NCBI GenBank assembly: GCA_963730385.1
Contig: CAVSRQ010000011.1
Span: 54,909 to 118,908 of the forward strand
Length of the DNA: 64,000 nucleotides
Source: an uncultured Verrucomicrobiae bacterium
GTDB taxonomy: Bacteria > Verrucomicrobiota > Verrucomicrobiia > Chthoniobacterales > UBA10450
Direction: 5' to 3'
Positions 10,023 through 20,279 of the stretch are shown here, piece after piece. Both the position numbers and the translations under genes were made by a program. Position 1 is the first letter of the stretch. Every line of letters starts with the position of its first letter. The notes under the pieces were generated by a model. The model did not search any database, was not told the origin of the DNA, and was given only the letters and a program-made list of their open reading frames with translations.

Positions 10023-11635
10023 ATGGCCTCTTCGTTTTTCAAAACCAAAAGCCCCGATCTTCTCATCCGCGAAGCGGAGGCGCCCGAGCGGCAGATGAAG
10101 CGCTCGCTCAGCGCTCTGGATTTAACGGCACTTGGCATCGGCGCCATCATCGGCACCGGCATCTTCGCGCTCACCGGAACGGCGGCGGCGGGCGAGCAGA
10201 CGGCGGTGTTGACCTCGAAGTGGGGCACGCCGGTTTTGAGCTTTATCCAATCGTGGATGAGCGGCGCGGAAGTGGCGCTGGGCCGGCCGGGGGCGGGTCC
10301 GGCGGTGGTGTTCTCTTTCATTGTGGCGGCGATCGCGTGTGGCTTTGCCGCTCTTTGCTACGCGGAGCTGGCGGCGATGATCCCGGTCTCAGGTTCGGCT
10401 TACACTTACTCTTACGCCACACTCGGGGAGGTGATCGCGTGGATCATCGGGTGGGATCTGATCCTCGAATATGCGGTCGGGAACATGGCCGTGGCGGTGG
10501 GCTGGTCCGGTTATTTCGTGAAGCTCTGTTACAGTTTATTCGGGCTCGAATTCCCGCTCTGGCTGGTGACGGATTCGCGGACGGCGGCCAATCTGGTGAA
10601 CACGGGAGGCGATGCGCTGCTCGGCTACTCGTCGACAGCATTGCCTTCGATCATGGGGCATTCGCTGGCGTTGAATCTGCCCGCGTTTCTCATTGTGCTG
10701 GCGGTGACCACGCTGCTCATCTTCGGCATTCGCGAAAGCGCCCGGGTGAATACCGTGGTCGTGATCATCAAACTGGCGGTCGTGGTATTCTTCATCGCCT
10801 TCGGCGCCTTCATGGTCAGTCCGCCGAATTGGGTTCCCTTCCTGCCTAACGGTTTCAGCGGGGTCATGAGCGGCGCCGCCATCGTCTTCTTCGCCTTCAT
10901 CGGTTTCGACGCGGTCTCGACGACGGCGGAGGAAACGAAAAACCCGCAACGCGATCTCCCGATCGGGATGATCGCGAGCCTCGCCATCTGCACGCTCCTC
11001 TACGTGCTCATGTCTGGCGTGCTGACCGGGATTAAACAATACACCGTCTATCATGGGCGACTCCGCCGCAGTGGCGACCGCTTTCTCCGGGCGCCGATGG
11101 GCGGTGGCTCTGGTCAGCGCGGGGGCATTAGCCGGAATGACGTCGGTCCTGCTCGTCTTCCAACTTGGTCAACCGCGCATCTTCATGGCGATGGCGCGGG
11201 ATGGCTTGCTTCCACAATTTTTCGCCCGGCTCCATCCGCGCTATCGCACGCCTTACGTCACCACCATCTTGACCGGGTCTCGTGGTCGGCGGAGTGGCCT
11301 TGTTCACCGATATCGGATCGCTGGCTGATCTGACGAACATCGGCACGCTCTTCGCGTTTAGTCTGGTCTGCATCGGCGTCCTTGTTTTGCGCCGGACCGA
11401 TCCAGGTCGGCGCCGGCCTTTCCGTGTGCCGTTGGTTCCGCTCCTGCCGATCCTCGGAGTGGTCATGTGCGTGGCCTTAATGCTGAGCCTGCCGATCCTG
11501 ACCTGGATCCGCTTCTTCATCTGGCTGGCTTTGGGAGTGCTGATTTATCTGCTCTACGGAAAGAAGCACAGCCGCTTGCAGCATGGGATCGACATGGGCG
11601 ATACCGAGCCAGCGCCGCCGATCGGGCCGAACTAG
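10023..11635 (+). pseudogene. APC-superfamily amino acid permease, two +1 insertions (probably sequence errors)
   Basis: RSLSALDLTALGIGAIIGTGIFALTG start. It continues in the next frames as ..GALAGMTSVLLVFQLGQPRIFMAMARDGLLP.. and ..GGVALFTDIGSLADLTNIGTLFAF... The breaks are at GGG 11055-11057 and GGG 11275-11277. Confidence 0.85.
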
Positions 11636-11650
11636 GCGCCGCGCTTCCCC

Positions 11651-12688
11651 TTACCGATGAGCCTGCAAAGCGCGCAGCTTTTCCAGCGCGCGGCCGCTCT
11701 CGATTTGCTCACGCGCACGGACGATTCCCTCGCCTAAATCCACCACCAGACCTGCTGCGACGAAGCCTCCCGCCGCATTCACCAGCGCCAGATCCCGCTT
11801 CGCGCCCTGCACCTCTCCGCTGAGGATACCGGTTAATGTCCGCGCATTCTCGGCGGCATCGCCACCGCGCAGATCGGCCAGGTTCGCTTCTGGAATCCCG
11901 AGCCAGCGCGTGTCGAGGACCGCGGTGTTAACCCGATCTTCCACCAGCTCGCCGAGCGTCGTCGGCCCGCAGGTGGAGATGTCGTCCATCCCTCGCCCCT
12001 CGCCCACGGAGCCGTGCACCACCCAGGCGCGCTCGCGACCCAGTTGCCGGAGCACTTCCGCGAAGATACCCGTCATGCGCGGCGTGTAGACGCCGATCAA
12101 TTGCCGGCCCGGCCGCGCTGGATTAAGAAGCGGGCCGAGGAGATTAAAAATCGTGCGTCGATTCTGCTGCGCCAATCGCGCCCGCATTTCGGCCAACGCC
12201 CGGAACGCGGGATGGTAGGTGCGCGCGTAGAGGAATCCGAGGCCGTGGCGTTGCAGACACTCGCGCAAATCCTCCGGCCCCCACTCCAACTGAATCCCGA
12301 GCGCTTCCAGCACATCGGCGCTCCCGCAGCATGAGGTCACGCTGCGATTGCCGTGCTTCACCACCACCGCGCCGCCCGCCGCGAGAATAAACATGATGGT
12401 GGTGGAAACGTTAAAGATCTCCAGCCCGGTGCCGCCCGTTCCGCAGACGTCGAGCATCGGTCCAGGCAAACTCTTTGGGTCAATCTCGGGATCGATCGCG
12501 CGGTCGATCAGGTGCTGGACAAAGCCGGCGATCTCCTCCGGGCTCTCCCCTTTCTCGTCGAGCGCGGTCAGGAAATCGGCCTTCATGTCGGCTGCCGTCG
12601 TCTCCGAAAGCAGCATCGTGACCGCATACGAGATATCGCCCGCGTTCAGGTCCGCGCCGGTCTCCAGCTTCTCGATCAGGGCGCGCAT
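11651..12688 (-). CDS. trpD: anthranilate phosphoribosyltransferase
   Basis: DVCGTGGTG, KHGNRSVTS and GFLYARTYHPA motifs. The ATG at 12688 gives a normal-length protein; the longer ORF-track start is an Arg-rich extension. Confidence 0.9.
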   Translation of the reverse strand: MRALIEKLETGADLNAGDISYAVTMLLSETTAADMKADFLTALDEKGESPEEIAGFVQHLIDRAIDPEIDPKSLPGPMLDVCGTGGTGLEIFNVSTTIMFILAAGGAVVVKHGNRSVTSCCGSADVLEALGIQLEWGPEDLRECLQRHGLGFLYARTYHPAFRALAEMRARLAQQNRRTIFNLLGPLLNPARPGRQLIGVYTPRMTGIFAEVLRQLGRERAWVVHGSVGEGRGMDDISTCGPTTLGELVEDRVNTAVLDTRWLGIPEANLADLRGGDAAENARTLTGILSGEVQGAKRDLALVNAAGGFVAAGLVVDLGEGIVRAREQIESGRALEKLRALQAHR

Positions 12689-12692
12689 CCGC

Positions 12693-13793
12693 TCAGTTTG
12701 CTCCCATCTTTTGCAACCAGGCGCGATAGACCAACGGTGAGATCTCCGACGGTTTGATCTCGCTCCGGCCACCCCAAAACACATTCGTGTAGGAGACAGG
12801 TATGCCCGACGCCGCGAGGTGCTCATCGATCGCGCGTTTGTGCTCGAGGAGGAGCGCTTTATCGGTCCCGTGCGCCACGGCCATGATGTTCACGTTCTTA
12901 AATTCCGGTCCCGCCTCGCGCCAATAGCAGTGCGTCAAAATGTGATGCCGCCCCACTTCGCCGCCCGCTTCCAGTTCGCGCCCGGCCGGGACCGCCCAGT
13001 GAAAGAGCGCGTTAAACCGCGTCACCCGCACGCCGCCGGCGGACGGTTTCACATGTTCCAGGAAAGTGGAGAAACGCCCCACGACCTTGCGCCCATTCAG
13101 TGACTCGGCGATGCGGCAAAATTCCTCGAGCGACACACCTGCTTCCGCCGCGCGCGCAGTCCACGGTGAAGCGGTAATCTCCGCCGGAGTGAACTCGCGT
13201 TTCAAAGCCAGGAGAACGGTCCACTCCAGATCGCTCAACTCCGCCACATGCACCGGCGCCATCGTGGCGGGTTGCTCTGCGCGGCTCCCGGGCTCCACGT
13301 TTTTCCGCCGCACGTGCCCGACCCCGAGAGTGAAAATTCCCTTCGCCGGCATGAGCCGAAAACTCTCCGCGCCCAGCTTCTCCGTCAGAATCTCTCCATG
13401 CTTCTGCAAAGAGAAACCGTGCGGCACTTTCAGCGTCGTCCAGAGTTTATACTCCGAGCCCGGTGTCACCGTATCGGTCGAGCGCAAGACCACGTGGCCC
13501 GAGAAGGGATCGTCTTGCGACATGTAATCGAAAGCCGCATCGATCTTTTCCGGCGCGACTTTCCAGGCCACGAGCGCGCCATCTGCGAGGTTCGTCGCCA
13601 GCAACGTCTGGCGCACCCGCCGCACCGTCCCGGCTTCCAGCATGGCCGCGATCCGTGCCCGCACGGTTTCCTCATCCACTCCGGAGCGTCGCGCGATTTC
13701 CGCGAAGGGCTCGCGCAGGAAGCCCTCGATTTTGTCCTCGGAGATCGCGAGGATTTTCTCGTTGATCGGATCGTTGTGTTCGACGGGCAGCAT
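12693..13793 (-). CDS. fused double Lrp/AsnC-like protein resembling siroheme decarboxylase (NirDL/AhbAB type)
   Basis: Two tandem halves, each with an HTH-like segment (PFAEIARRSGVDEETVRARIAAMLEAGTVRRV; second half VSLEEFCRIAESLNGRKVVGRF). The second half has the THCYWRE...NIMAVAHG signature typical of NirD/AhbA proteins. A GTG at 13856 that overlaps the hlyIII stop is an alternative start. Confidence 0.5.
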   Translation of the reverse strand: MLPVEHNDPINEKILAISEDKIEGFLREPFAEIARRSGVDEETVRARIAAMLEAGTVRRVRQTLLATNLADGALVAWKVAPEKIDAAFDYMSQDDPFSGHVVLRSTDTVTPGSEYKLWTTLKVPHGFSLQKHGEILTEKLGAESFRLMPAKGIFTLGVGHVRRKNVEPGSRAEQPATMAPVHVAELSDLEWTVLLALKREFTPAEITASPWTARAAEAGVSLEEFCRIAESLNGRKVVGRFSTFLEHVKPSAGGVRVTRFNALFHWAVPAGRELEAGGEVGRHHILTHCYWREAGPEFKNVNIMAVAHGTDKALLLEHKRAIDEHLAASGIPVSYTNVFWGGRSEIKPSEISPLVYRAWLQKMGAN

Positions 13794-13852
13794 GGGGGTT
13801 TTAATTAGACGGCCCGGTTCCGCTTGTCCAACTCCCCAGCCGAGAACGTCCC

Positions 13853-14518
13853 TCACGCCGCGTAACTCAGGATCGCCAGGTAATGGCAGCAGGTCCCGCC
13901 CAGGACAAAAAGGTGCCAGACAAAATGATGGTAACGCCTCCGGTCCGTAACCAGAAACACGACACCCGCGGTGTAGATCAATCCTCCCGCGACCAGCCAG
14001 AGAAGGCTCGCGCGCGGCACTCGCAGGGCCAGCGGCCAGATCACCAGCAGCACCAGCCAGCCCATTCCAAGATAGAGCGCGATCCCGAGGCGCGGCCAGT
14101 GCAGCGCGCCCTTCAGGGTCTTAAGGAGCACGCCGAAGACCGCGAAAGCCCAAATGAAAACAAGCACCGTCCAGCCCCATGGCCCATGGAGCGGCCCGAG
14201 CGTGAACGGCGTGTAGGTCCCAGCTATGAGCAGGAAAATCGCCGAGTGATCGATCGTTTGCAGCGCAGCTTTCATCGGCGTTCGCGGCCAGAAATGATAA
14301 ACCGCCGAGCCGAGATACTGGAGCAGGACGGTGGCGATAAAGACGATTGCACCGAGCAGGAACGGCGTGCTTCCGCGTTCGATCGCTTCCCGGAGCAGGA
14401 ACGGCGCGCCGATTGCAATCGCGATCACGCCCAGCCCATGGCTGACGCTGTTGGCCATCTCTTCCCCATGGGTTTGCGTCCAACGCTCTGGCGATAACCC
14501 TTCGTTCCCGATTTGCAT
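13853..14518 (-). CDS. hemolysin III / PAQR family membrane protein
   Basis: Seven-TM protein with SVSHGLG, IDHSAIFLLIAGTYTP and HHFVWHLFVLGG motifs. Start taken at MQIGNEG (14518). Confidence 0.85.
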   Translation of the reverse strand: MQIGNEGLSPERWTQTHGEEMANSVSHGLGVIAIAIGAPFLLREAIERGSTPFLLGAIVFIATVLLQYLGSAVYHFWPRTPMKAALQTIDHSAIFLLIAGTYTPFTLGPLHGPWGWTVLVFIWAFAVFGVLLKTLKGALHWPRLGIALYLGMGWLVLLVIWPLALRVPRASLLWLVAGGLIYTAGVVFLVTDRRRYHHFVWHLFVLGGTCCHYLAILSYAA

Positions 14519-14622
14519 AAGCCACGGGAGGCTAGGTGCTTCCGGCCTTCGCGCGAAGGAGAATATGTCGCGGCACCGTTTCCCCTCTTGCCGCGATCGA
14601 ACGCCTCCCGTAATCGCAATGC

Positions 14623-15306
14623 ATGGCTCTCCGTTTTGCGCCCAAGGTGATTTTTTTCGACGCCGTCGGCACTCTGTTCCATCTGCCAAAAGGTGTCGGC
14701 TATCACTATGCGCGCGCTGGCGAACGAATGGGACTGGCGTTGGAAGCCGATGCACTCGACCGGGCTTTCGCTGCGATGTGGAAAAAAATGCCAGCCCGCG
14801 CGGCCACCGGTTTGCCGCGCGCGGATGACGACAAAGGCTGGTGGCGCACACTTGTGCAGGGCGTCCTCGCCGATTGTGCACCCGACCTGCCGGCGGCGGA
14901 ACGCGAACGCTACTTCGAGATCGTCTACGCCTACTTCGCGGAGGCGGGCGTTTGGGAATTGTATCCGGAAGTGCTCGAGGTTTTGCGCGTCCTGCATGGG
15001 CGCCATCGGCTTGCGGTGATCTCAAATTTCGACGGCCGCCTGCGCATGGTGCTGAAACACCTCGGCCTCTCGGAGTTCTTCCCCTCGGTCATTATCTCCA
15101 GCGAAGTCGGGGCCGATAAACCCGACCCACTCATCTTCGAGCGCGCCCTGGAGTCGAACCATTGCACCGCAGCCGAAGCACTCCATGTGGGCGACGATCC
15201 CGTCCGCGACGGGGAAGGCGCAGCCGGCGCTGGGCTGGAAGTTTTCCGCCTGGACCGTCCACGGCAAAGCCTGCGCGATGTGCTCACAGCTTGCGCCCGC
15301 GATTGA
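14623..15306 (+). CDS. HAD-IA family hydrolase
   Basis: VIFFDAVGTLF (motif I), ISNFD (motif II) and VGDDPVRDGEGA (motif IV). Confidence 0.8.
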   Translation: MALRFAPKVIFFDAVGTLFHLPKGVGYHYARAGERMGLALEADALDRAFAAMWKKMPARAATGLPRADDDKGWWRTLVQGVLADCAPDLPAAERERYFEIVYAYFAEAGVWELYPEVLEVLRVLHGRHRLAVISNFDGRLRMVLKHLGLSEFFPSVIISSEVGADKPDPLIFERALESNHCTAAEALHVGDDPVRDGEGAAGAGLEVFRLDRPRQSLRDVLTACARD

Positions 15307-15334
15307 ACTGGACTAGAAAACGACTCCCCGAAAC

Positions 15335-15406
15335 GGGTTGGTAGCTCAATGGTAGAGCAGCGCCCTTTTAAGGCGTTGGTTGTGGGTTCGAGTCCCACCC
15401 GACCCA
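15335..15406 (+). tRNA. tRNA-Lys (anticodon TTT)
   Basis: Manual cloverleaf: acceptor GGGTTGG/CCGACCC, D stem GCTC/GAGC, anticodon stem GCGCC/GGCGT with loop CTTTTAA, T arm GTGGG-TTCGAGT-CCCAC. 72 nt; CCA is not encoded. Confidence 0.9.
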
Positions 15407-15411
15407 CTTCT

Positions 15412-16539
15412 TTAAGCCGCCTGCGCTTTCGCAAGGCGCTCGTGCAGGAAGCTCATTACGGCTGCTTCCACCGTCCGTAGATCTTGCAGGTTGTTCGCCA
15501 GGGTCTCTTCTGTTTTCCGCCGCAGACCAGCGATCATTTCGCCGGAGAGATAGGTCTCAAGGACCGCAGGGTGGACGTAGCATTTCCGGCAGACGGTCGG
15601 CGTGTTTCCGAGGATTTTCGCCACGGCCGCGATCGCGTTTTTGATATTCGCCTTCGCTTCTTTTTGCGTCTCTGCCGGATCGACCGCGTTCAAAGCCACG
15701 GCCGCCAGGACAGTCCCCGCCCACGTCCGAAAATCTTTCGCGGTGAAGTCCTCGCCCGTGATCTCTCGCAAGTAATCGTTCACATCCTGCGAATTGATGT
15801 CCCGCACTTCTCCATCGCCATTCACGTAACCGAAGATCTCCTGCCCGGGGAGATCCTGCACCTTCTTCACGATTCGTCCGAGACGGCGGTCGGCTACCTG
15901 GACGTTGTGCTCGACCCCGCTCTTCCCGCGAAAATTGAAGGTCACCTTGCCGCCACGCACGGAGACGTGTTTGCGACGCATGGTGGTGAGGCCATACGAC
16001 TTGTTCGTGCGCGCGTATTCATCGTTTCCCACCCGAATGAAGGTGCGCTCCATGATGGAGACGATGGTGGCCAGGACTTTCTCTTTCGGCAAACCGGGAA
16101 GCGCGAGGTCTGCTTCGACGCGCTTCCGGATTTTTCCAAGCGCTGCGCCGAAAACGACCATCCGCTCATACTTGGTTTCATCGCGCGCTTCCCGCCATTT
16201 TTCATGATAGCGATACTGCTTCCGGCCGCGCGCGTCGATGCCTGTGGCCTGCAGATGGCCGTTTGCGTGCGGGCAAATCCAAACGTCGGCGTAGGCCGGC
16301 GGCACTGCGAGACGATTGATGCGCAGGATGCGCTTTTCGTCGGTGATGCGCTTTCCCGAGGTGTCGAAATACTCGAAACCCTTCCCTTTTTTCTTACGGG
16401 TATATCCAGGCCGATCGTCGCTGACGTAGCGGAGCCCAGCTTCCTCAGCGGTATCCTCCGGGTCGGTGACCGGCGTTAGCTTGGCGATCTTCTTCTTTTC
16501 CCGTTCAAGGCTCGCGGTAGGCACGCATGGGATACGCAT
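15412..16539 (-). CDS. DNA topoisomerase IB
   Basis: LRYVSDDRPGYTRKKKGKGFEYFD..ATGIDARGRKQYRYH..KWREARDETKYERMVVFG resembles bacterial poxvirus-type TopIB. Confidence 0.85.
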   Translation of the reverse strand: MRIPCVPTASLEREKKKIAKLTPVTDPEDTAEEAGLRYVSDDRPGYTRKKKGKGFEYFDTSGKRITDEKRILRINRLAVPPAYADVWICPHANGHLQATGIDARGRKQYRYHEKWREARDETKYERMVVFGAALGKIRKRVEADLALPGLPKEKVLATIVSIMERTFIRVGNDEYARTNKSYGLTTMRRKHVSVRGGKVTFNFRGKSGVEHNVQVADRRLGRIVKKVQDLPGQEIFGYVNGDGEVRDINSQDVNDYLREITGEDFTAKDFRTWAGTVLAAVALNAVDPAETQKEAKANIKNAIAAVAKILGNTPTVCRKCYVHPAVLETYLSGEMIAGLRRKTEETLANNLQDLRTVEAAVMSFLHERLAKAQAA

Positions 16540-16626
16540 CCAGCCCGGTGAAAGGCTGCACCCGGGGTGCGAATTTCTCGAAGGAGCAAAGCGGGTGGCC
16601 TTGTCTCCTCCGGGGAGAATGCCTGG

Positions 16627-17100
16627 CTAGGCGCCGTAGCTTTTGGTGAACTTCTTGCGCGATTCGCTCTCCGCTGCCGCAGTGGGTTCGGACGCGGCTG
16701 GCGGCGCATCGGTTGGCTCAGATTTCTCAGCCGCCGGGGCGGAGTCTGATGAAGCTGCCGCTTCCGGTGCCGCGCTGGAAGCGCCCGCCATGGACTGTGT
16801 GCCGGCCGCTCCGCCAGCGCCGCTCCGCGAGACTTCCACAAACGCCATCTGCAAATTCGCGAGCGTGTTCTTTAGAACCGACGCCTCTTCCTGGCTCAAA
16901 TTACCCCGCGTCTTCTCCTGAATCATGGCGAGCTGATCGATGAACATCTTCGCCACCTCCAGATTCACTTCGCCCTGGCCGGTCTGCGGGTTCGGGATTT
17001 GACCAAGGAAAAGCGCGGCGTTTTGCGCCTGCATCATGACGAACTCGATGAAGCGTTGCGTCATCTCGCCCAGTTGGGTGTTGGTTTGGATTTCGGCCAT
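16627..17100 (-). CDS. DUF1844 domain-containing protein
   Basis: FIEFVMMQAQNAALFLGQIPNPQTGQGEVNLEVAKMFIDQLAMIQEKTRGNLSQEE, followed by an Ala/Ser/Pro-rich tail. Confidence 0.7.
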   Translation of the reverse strand: MAEIQTNTQLGEMTQRFIEFVMMQAQNAALFLGQIPNPQTGQGEVNLEVAKMFIDQLAMIQEKTRGNLSQEEASVLKNTLANLQMAFVEVSRSGAGGAAGTQSMAGASSAAPEAAASSDSAPAAEKSEPTDAPPAASEPTAAAESESRKKFTKSYGA

Positions 17101-17104
17101 AAGT

Positions 17105-19702
17105 TTAGGATTTTGTTGCAGCCGTCGCCGGCTCGGCGGGTCGCACGGTCGCGATCACGCAGGGTTGTTGTTTAAAATATTTCTCGGCCACACGTTTCAC
17201 ATCGGCCACGGTCACCGCTTCGATCTCGCGTTCCAGTTCCTGGTAGTGATTAAAGCCGAGGCCGTAGAGCTCATCCAGGCCGGCAATGTAACCGAATGCG
17301 TCGTTGCTTTGATTGGTAATCTGTTGCTGGCCGAGCAGTTTTTTCTTGGCCCGGCGCAACTCTTCTTCCGTGAGACCTTCCGTGGCCAGCTTCCCGATCT
17401 CGTCGAGCAAAGCCGTCCGCACCGGCACCAATTTCTGCGGATCCGTCCCGAGATAAAACGCGAACATCCCGGGAACGAGCCCGAGCATTTGTTGCGAGCC
17501 GACGTAATAGGCCAGGCCCATTTGCTCGCGGATGCGGACGAAAAAACGCGAGCCCAGGTCGCTGCTCGCCTCATCGATTAACTCCAGCGCGTAGCGATCC
17601 GGGCTCGACATTTCCGCGCCGCGATAGCCGACCATGAGAACGCCCTGCGCCTTCTCCATTTCGCTCGTGACCTCGATCGTCTTCGTGATGGGGGTATTCG
17701 GTTTCACGGCGGTGAGCGCCAGTTCGCCGGGCTTCATGGTGGCGAGCGTCTGCTCGAAAAGCTCACGCACTTCCTCCGCCTTCACGTCGCCGAAAACGGA
17801 GAGGACACCATTTTTGCCGACCAGGTAACGGTCGCGGAAAGCCAGCAAATCTTCCCGGGTTAACGTCGGAATCGCAGCCGCAGAACCCTTCCCGCGCAAG
17901 CCATACGAGTGCCCTTTGAAGAGAGTCTCGCGCACCATGTTGCGCGCGACGGAGGTGAGGTGCTCGTCCTCTTCTTTGATCGCTGCGAGCATGACTTCCG
18001 TCTCTCGCATCACCACTTCTTCCGGCATGGTCGCGTTCAGGAGCACATCGGCCAGCAACTCGCCGCCAAGCCGCAAATCGGGCTGCGTCACCTCGAGCGA
18101 AACGTTAAAGCTGTTATTCCCGGCCTCGCTCCCGAGGCTTCCTCCCACCGCTTCGATCGTCTCGGCGATCTGCTCGGCCGTGCGCGAGGTCGTGCCCTTC
18201 AAGAGCACCTTCGTCATCAGCTGCGTGATCCCGTTTGTCTCCGCCGTCTCGGCCAGGAGGCCACCGCGGAAAATTACCGTCATGGAAACGAGCGGGAGCC
18301 GCGGGTCTTCGCGCACCAGCAGACGGAGACCATTCGAAAGCTCCAGCTTCTGGATCGGCCCGGGCTCGACCGGCGCCGCTGCCTTACCCAACCCCGCCAG
18401 ACTGTCCTGCGGATTGAGCGACACGATCGTGAGATTCGCGGTCGTGAGATAAGTCTGCGCGACCCGGCGCACATCGTCGGCGGTGAGCGCCTGGACCGCT
18501 TTCAAATACTCGCGGGTGAAATTGAGATTCCGGGTCAGAAACCAGTTCGAGCCCAGATCAGAGGCCTGCCCACGCATGGTCGTGAGCGACGACAGATGCT
18601 GGCTGAGCGAAATCTTTTTCGCCTTCGCCATCTCTTCCCCAGTCACGCCAGTCGTTTTGATTTCTTCAACGATCTTCAGGACCAACTCCTGCGTCGCGGC
18701 GCGATTCTCCGGTTCCATCGTGGCGTCGATCCCAAACAATCCCGGCTCGCCGGGCGTGTAGGAAAAAGCTGAGACACCGAACGCCAGACCCGATTCCTCC
18801 CGCACCCTCCGATAAAGACGCGAGCTGCGCCCCTCGCCCAGGATGGTGGAGAGCAAATCCAGCGCGGGCACATCGGGGTGCGTCACCTCCGGGACATGCC
18901 AGGCGAGCGAGAGACGGGAGAGCTCTGTGGCAAATTCCTCGTGCGCTTCGCGCAGTCCCAGTTGCGGCGGCTCGGGCGGAAGATAGATCGGGCGCAGCGA
19001 TTGCGCGGGATACTCTTTGAACAGCTCCAGCAATTGCTGCTTCACCTCTTTCGCATTCACATCGCCCACGATCACGAAGGTGAAATTATTCGGGACGTAG
19101 CGCGATTTGTAATACGCCATCACCTGCTCCTGCGTGAGCTGGTTAAAAATATCGAGCAACCCGATCACCGGCAGCCGGTAGGGGTGACGCTGATAAGCGG
19201 TCGCGAAGAGGAGCTGCCCCGAAACGCGATCGGGATCATCGAAGCCCATCGCAAACTCGCGCCGAATGACTTCCTGTTCCTTCGCGTATTCCTCCGGCGG
19301 AAGGGTCGAGTTCATCATCGCATCCGTGAGGACATCGAGCGCCGTGGGCACGCCTGCTTTCGGGACGTCGATCCAGTAAACCGTGCGATCGAACGAGGTG
19401 TAGGCGTTGATGTAACCGCCCACATCCTGCACTGCCTGGGCGATGGCATTGGCCGCGCGCTTTTTGGTGCCTTTGAAAAGCATGTGCTCGAGCAGATGCG
19501 AAAGCCCGGCCCCGAGATGCGTATCCTCATCGATGCTGCCGGTGCCGCACCAGGCCTGCACGCTCGCCACCGGTGCGCTGCGGTCTTCTTGCACGATCAC
19601 CGTCAGACCATTCGGCAGCACCCACTTCTGCGCCGTGATCGGCGGGAAGGTAATGGCCGAAGGACCGGCGTTGGGGACAGGAAGATGAGCAGGCGCGTGC
19701 AT
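17105..19702 (-). CDS. M16 (pitrilysin/insulinase) family zinc peptidase, duplicated two-unit form
   Basis: HLLEHMLFKGT HxxEH zinc motif in the first unit and a second M16 unit without the motif. Start taken at 19702 to avoid a 65-nt overlap with the upstream gene. Confidence 0.85.
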   Translation of the reverse strand: MHAPAHLPVPNAGPSAITFPPITAQKWVLPNGLTVIVQEDRSAPVASVQAWCGTGSIDEDTHLGAGLSHLLEHMLFKGTKKRAANAIAQAVQDVGGYINAYTSFDRTVYWIDVPKAGVPTALDVLTDAMMNSTLPPEEYAKEQEVIRREFAMGFDDPDRVSGQLLFATAYQRHPYRLPVIGLLDIFNQLTQEQVMAYYKSRYVPNNFTFVIVGDVNAKEVKQQLLELFKEYPAQSLRPIYLPPEPPQLGLREAHEEFATELSRLSLAWHVPEVTHPDVPALDLLSTILGEGRSSRLYRRVREESGLAFGVSAFSYTPGEPGLFGIDATMEPENRAATQELVLKIVEEIKTTGVTGEEMAKAKKISLSQHLSSLTTMRGQASDLGSNWFLTRNLNFTREYLKAVQALTADDVRRVAQTYLTTANLTIVSLNPQDSLAGLGKAAAPVEPGPIQKLELSNGLRLLVREDPRLPLVSMTVIFRGGLLAETAETNGITQLMTKVLLKGTTSRTAEQIAETIEAVGGSLGSEAGNNSFNVSLEVTQPDLRLGGELLADVLLNATMPEEVVMRETEVMLAAIKEEDEHLTSVARNMVRETLFKGHSYGLRGKGSAAAIPTLTREDLLAFRDRYLVGKNGVLSVFGDVKAEEVRELFEQTLATMKPGELALTAVKPNTPITKTIEVTSEMEKAQGVLMVGYRGAEMSSPDRYALELIDEASSDLGSRFFVRIREQMGLAYYVGSQQMLGLVPGMFAFYLGTDPQKLVPVRTALLDEIGKLATEGLTEEELRRAKKKLLGQQQITNQSNDAFGYIAGLDELYGLGFNHYQELEREIEAVTVADVKRVAEKYFKQQPCVIATVRPAEPATAATKS

Positions 19703-19754
19703 GGAAAAAGGGGAAGAGCGACTGGCGCAAGGTGCGAGCGCCAGGAGAGGAACC

Positions 19755-20189
19755 CTACGGGGCTTTCGGCGCAGGCAAAGCCGGCGGCGCTTTTTTCGGC
19801 GTCGCTTTTTCGGGAGCAAATGGCTTCACGAACGCTTCGTCGAAATCGTAAACGCTCTTAAAATCCTCGATCGAGTCTTCCTCGGTTTTCCCAAAAATTC
19901 CGGCCCCGATCAGATTAAAAACCATGTGCCCGATGTCTTCGCAGCAGTGTATGCCCCAGTAGGAAAAGACGGTGATGACCATGGGACCAAACTCCTTGAG
20001 CGCATACTGGCGCACGCCTTGGAGCAGCTCGGGACCAGCGACGTGCCGCACCGGCCCGCCTTTGATTTTCTTCTGCTGCTTGGTCGTGTAATCAAGCGCG
20101 TCCCGCAGGAACACATAGGCGTCGCGCTGATACCGCGAATCAGTCGCGATGATCGAGTCGAGCGCTTCGGCGAATCCAATTTTCTGCAT
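19755..20189 (-). CDS. Minf_1886 family protein (Verrucomicrobia/Planctomycetes-restricted conserved protein)
   Basis: FAEALDSIIATDSRYQRDAYVFLRDALDYT..GPVRHVAGPELLQGVRQYALKEFGPM..WGI..CEDIGHMVFNLI matches my recollection of TIGR04138. Confidence 0.6.
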   Translation of the reverse strand: MQKIGFAEALDSIIATDSRYQRDAYVFLRDALDYTTKQQKKIKGGPVRHVAGPELLQGVRQYALKEFGPMVITVFSYWGIHCCEDIGHMVFNLIGAGIFGKTEEDSIEDFKSVYDFDEAFVKPFAPEKATPKKAPPALPAPKAP

Positions 20190-20279
20190 CAGAAAGGTCC
20201 GCCCGGTCCGCGAGCAGGGCGCTATCATAAGCAACAACACCTCTCCGGGCAACCCCGGCCTGCCTCTTGCCGACCGGCT

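Noticed and set aside
14519-15025. N-terminal 168-aa extension of the hemolysin III ORF (the track gives 13853..15025).
   Set aside because: The extension is Arg/Pro-rich and overlaps the well-supported HAD hydrolase gene on the opposite strand. The conserved PAQR sequence begins after the Met at 14518.
17909-19861. Two long + strand ORFs (287 and 327 aa).
   Set aside because: Both are antisense to the M16 peptidase gene and have low-complexity Arg-rich composition.
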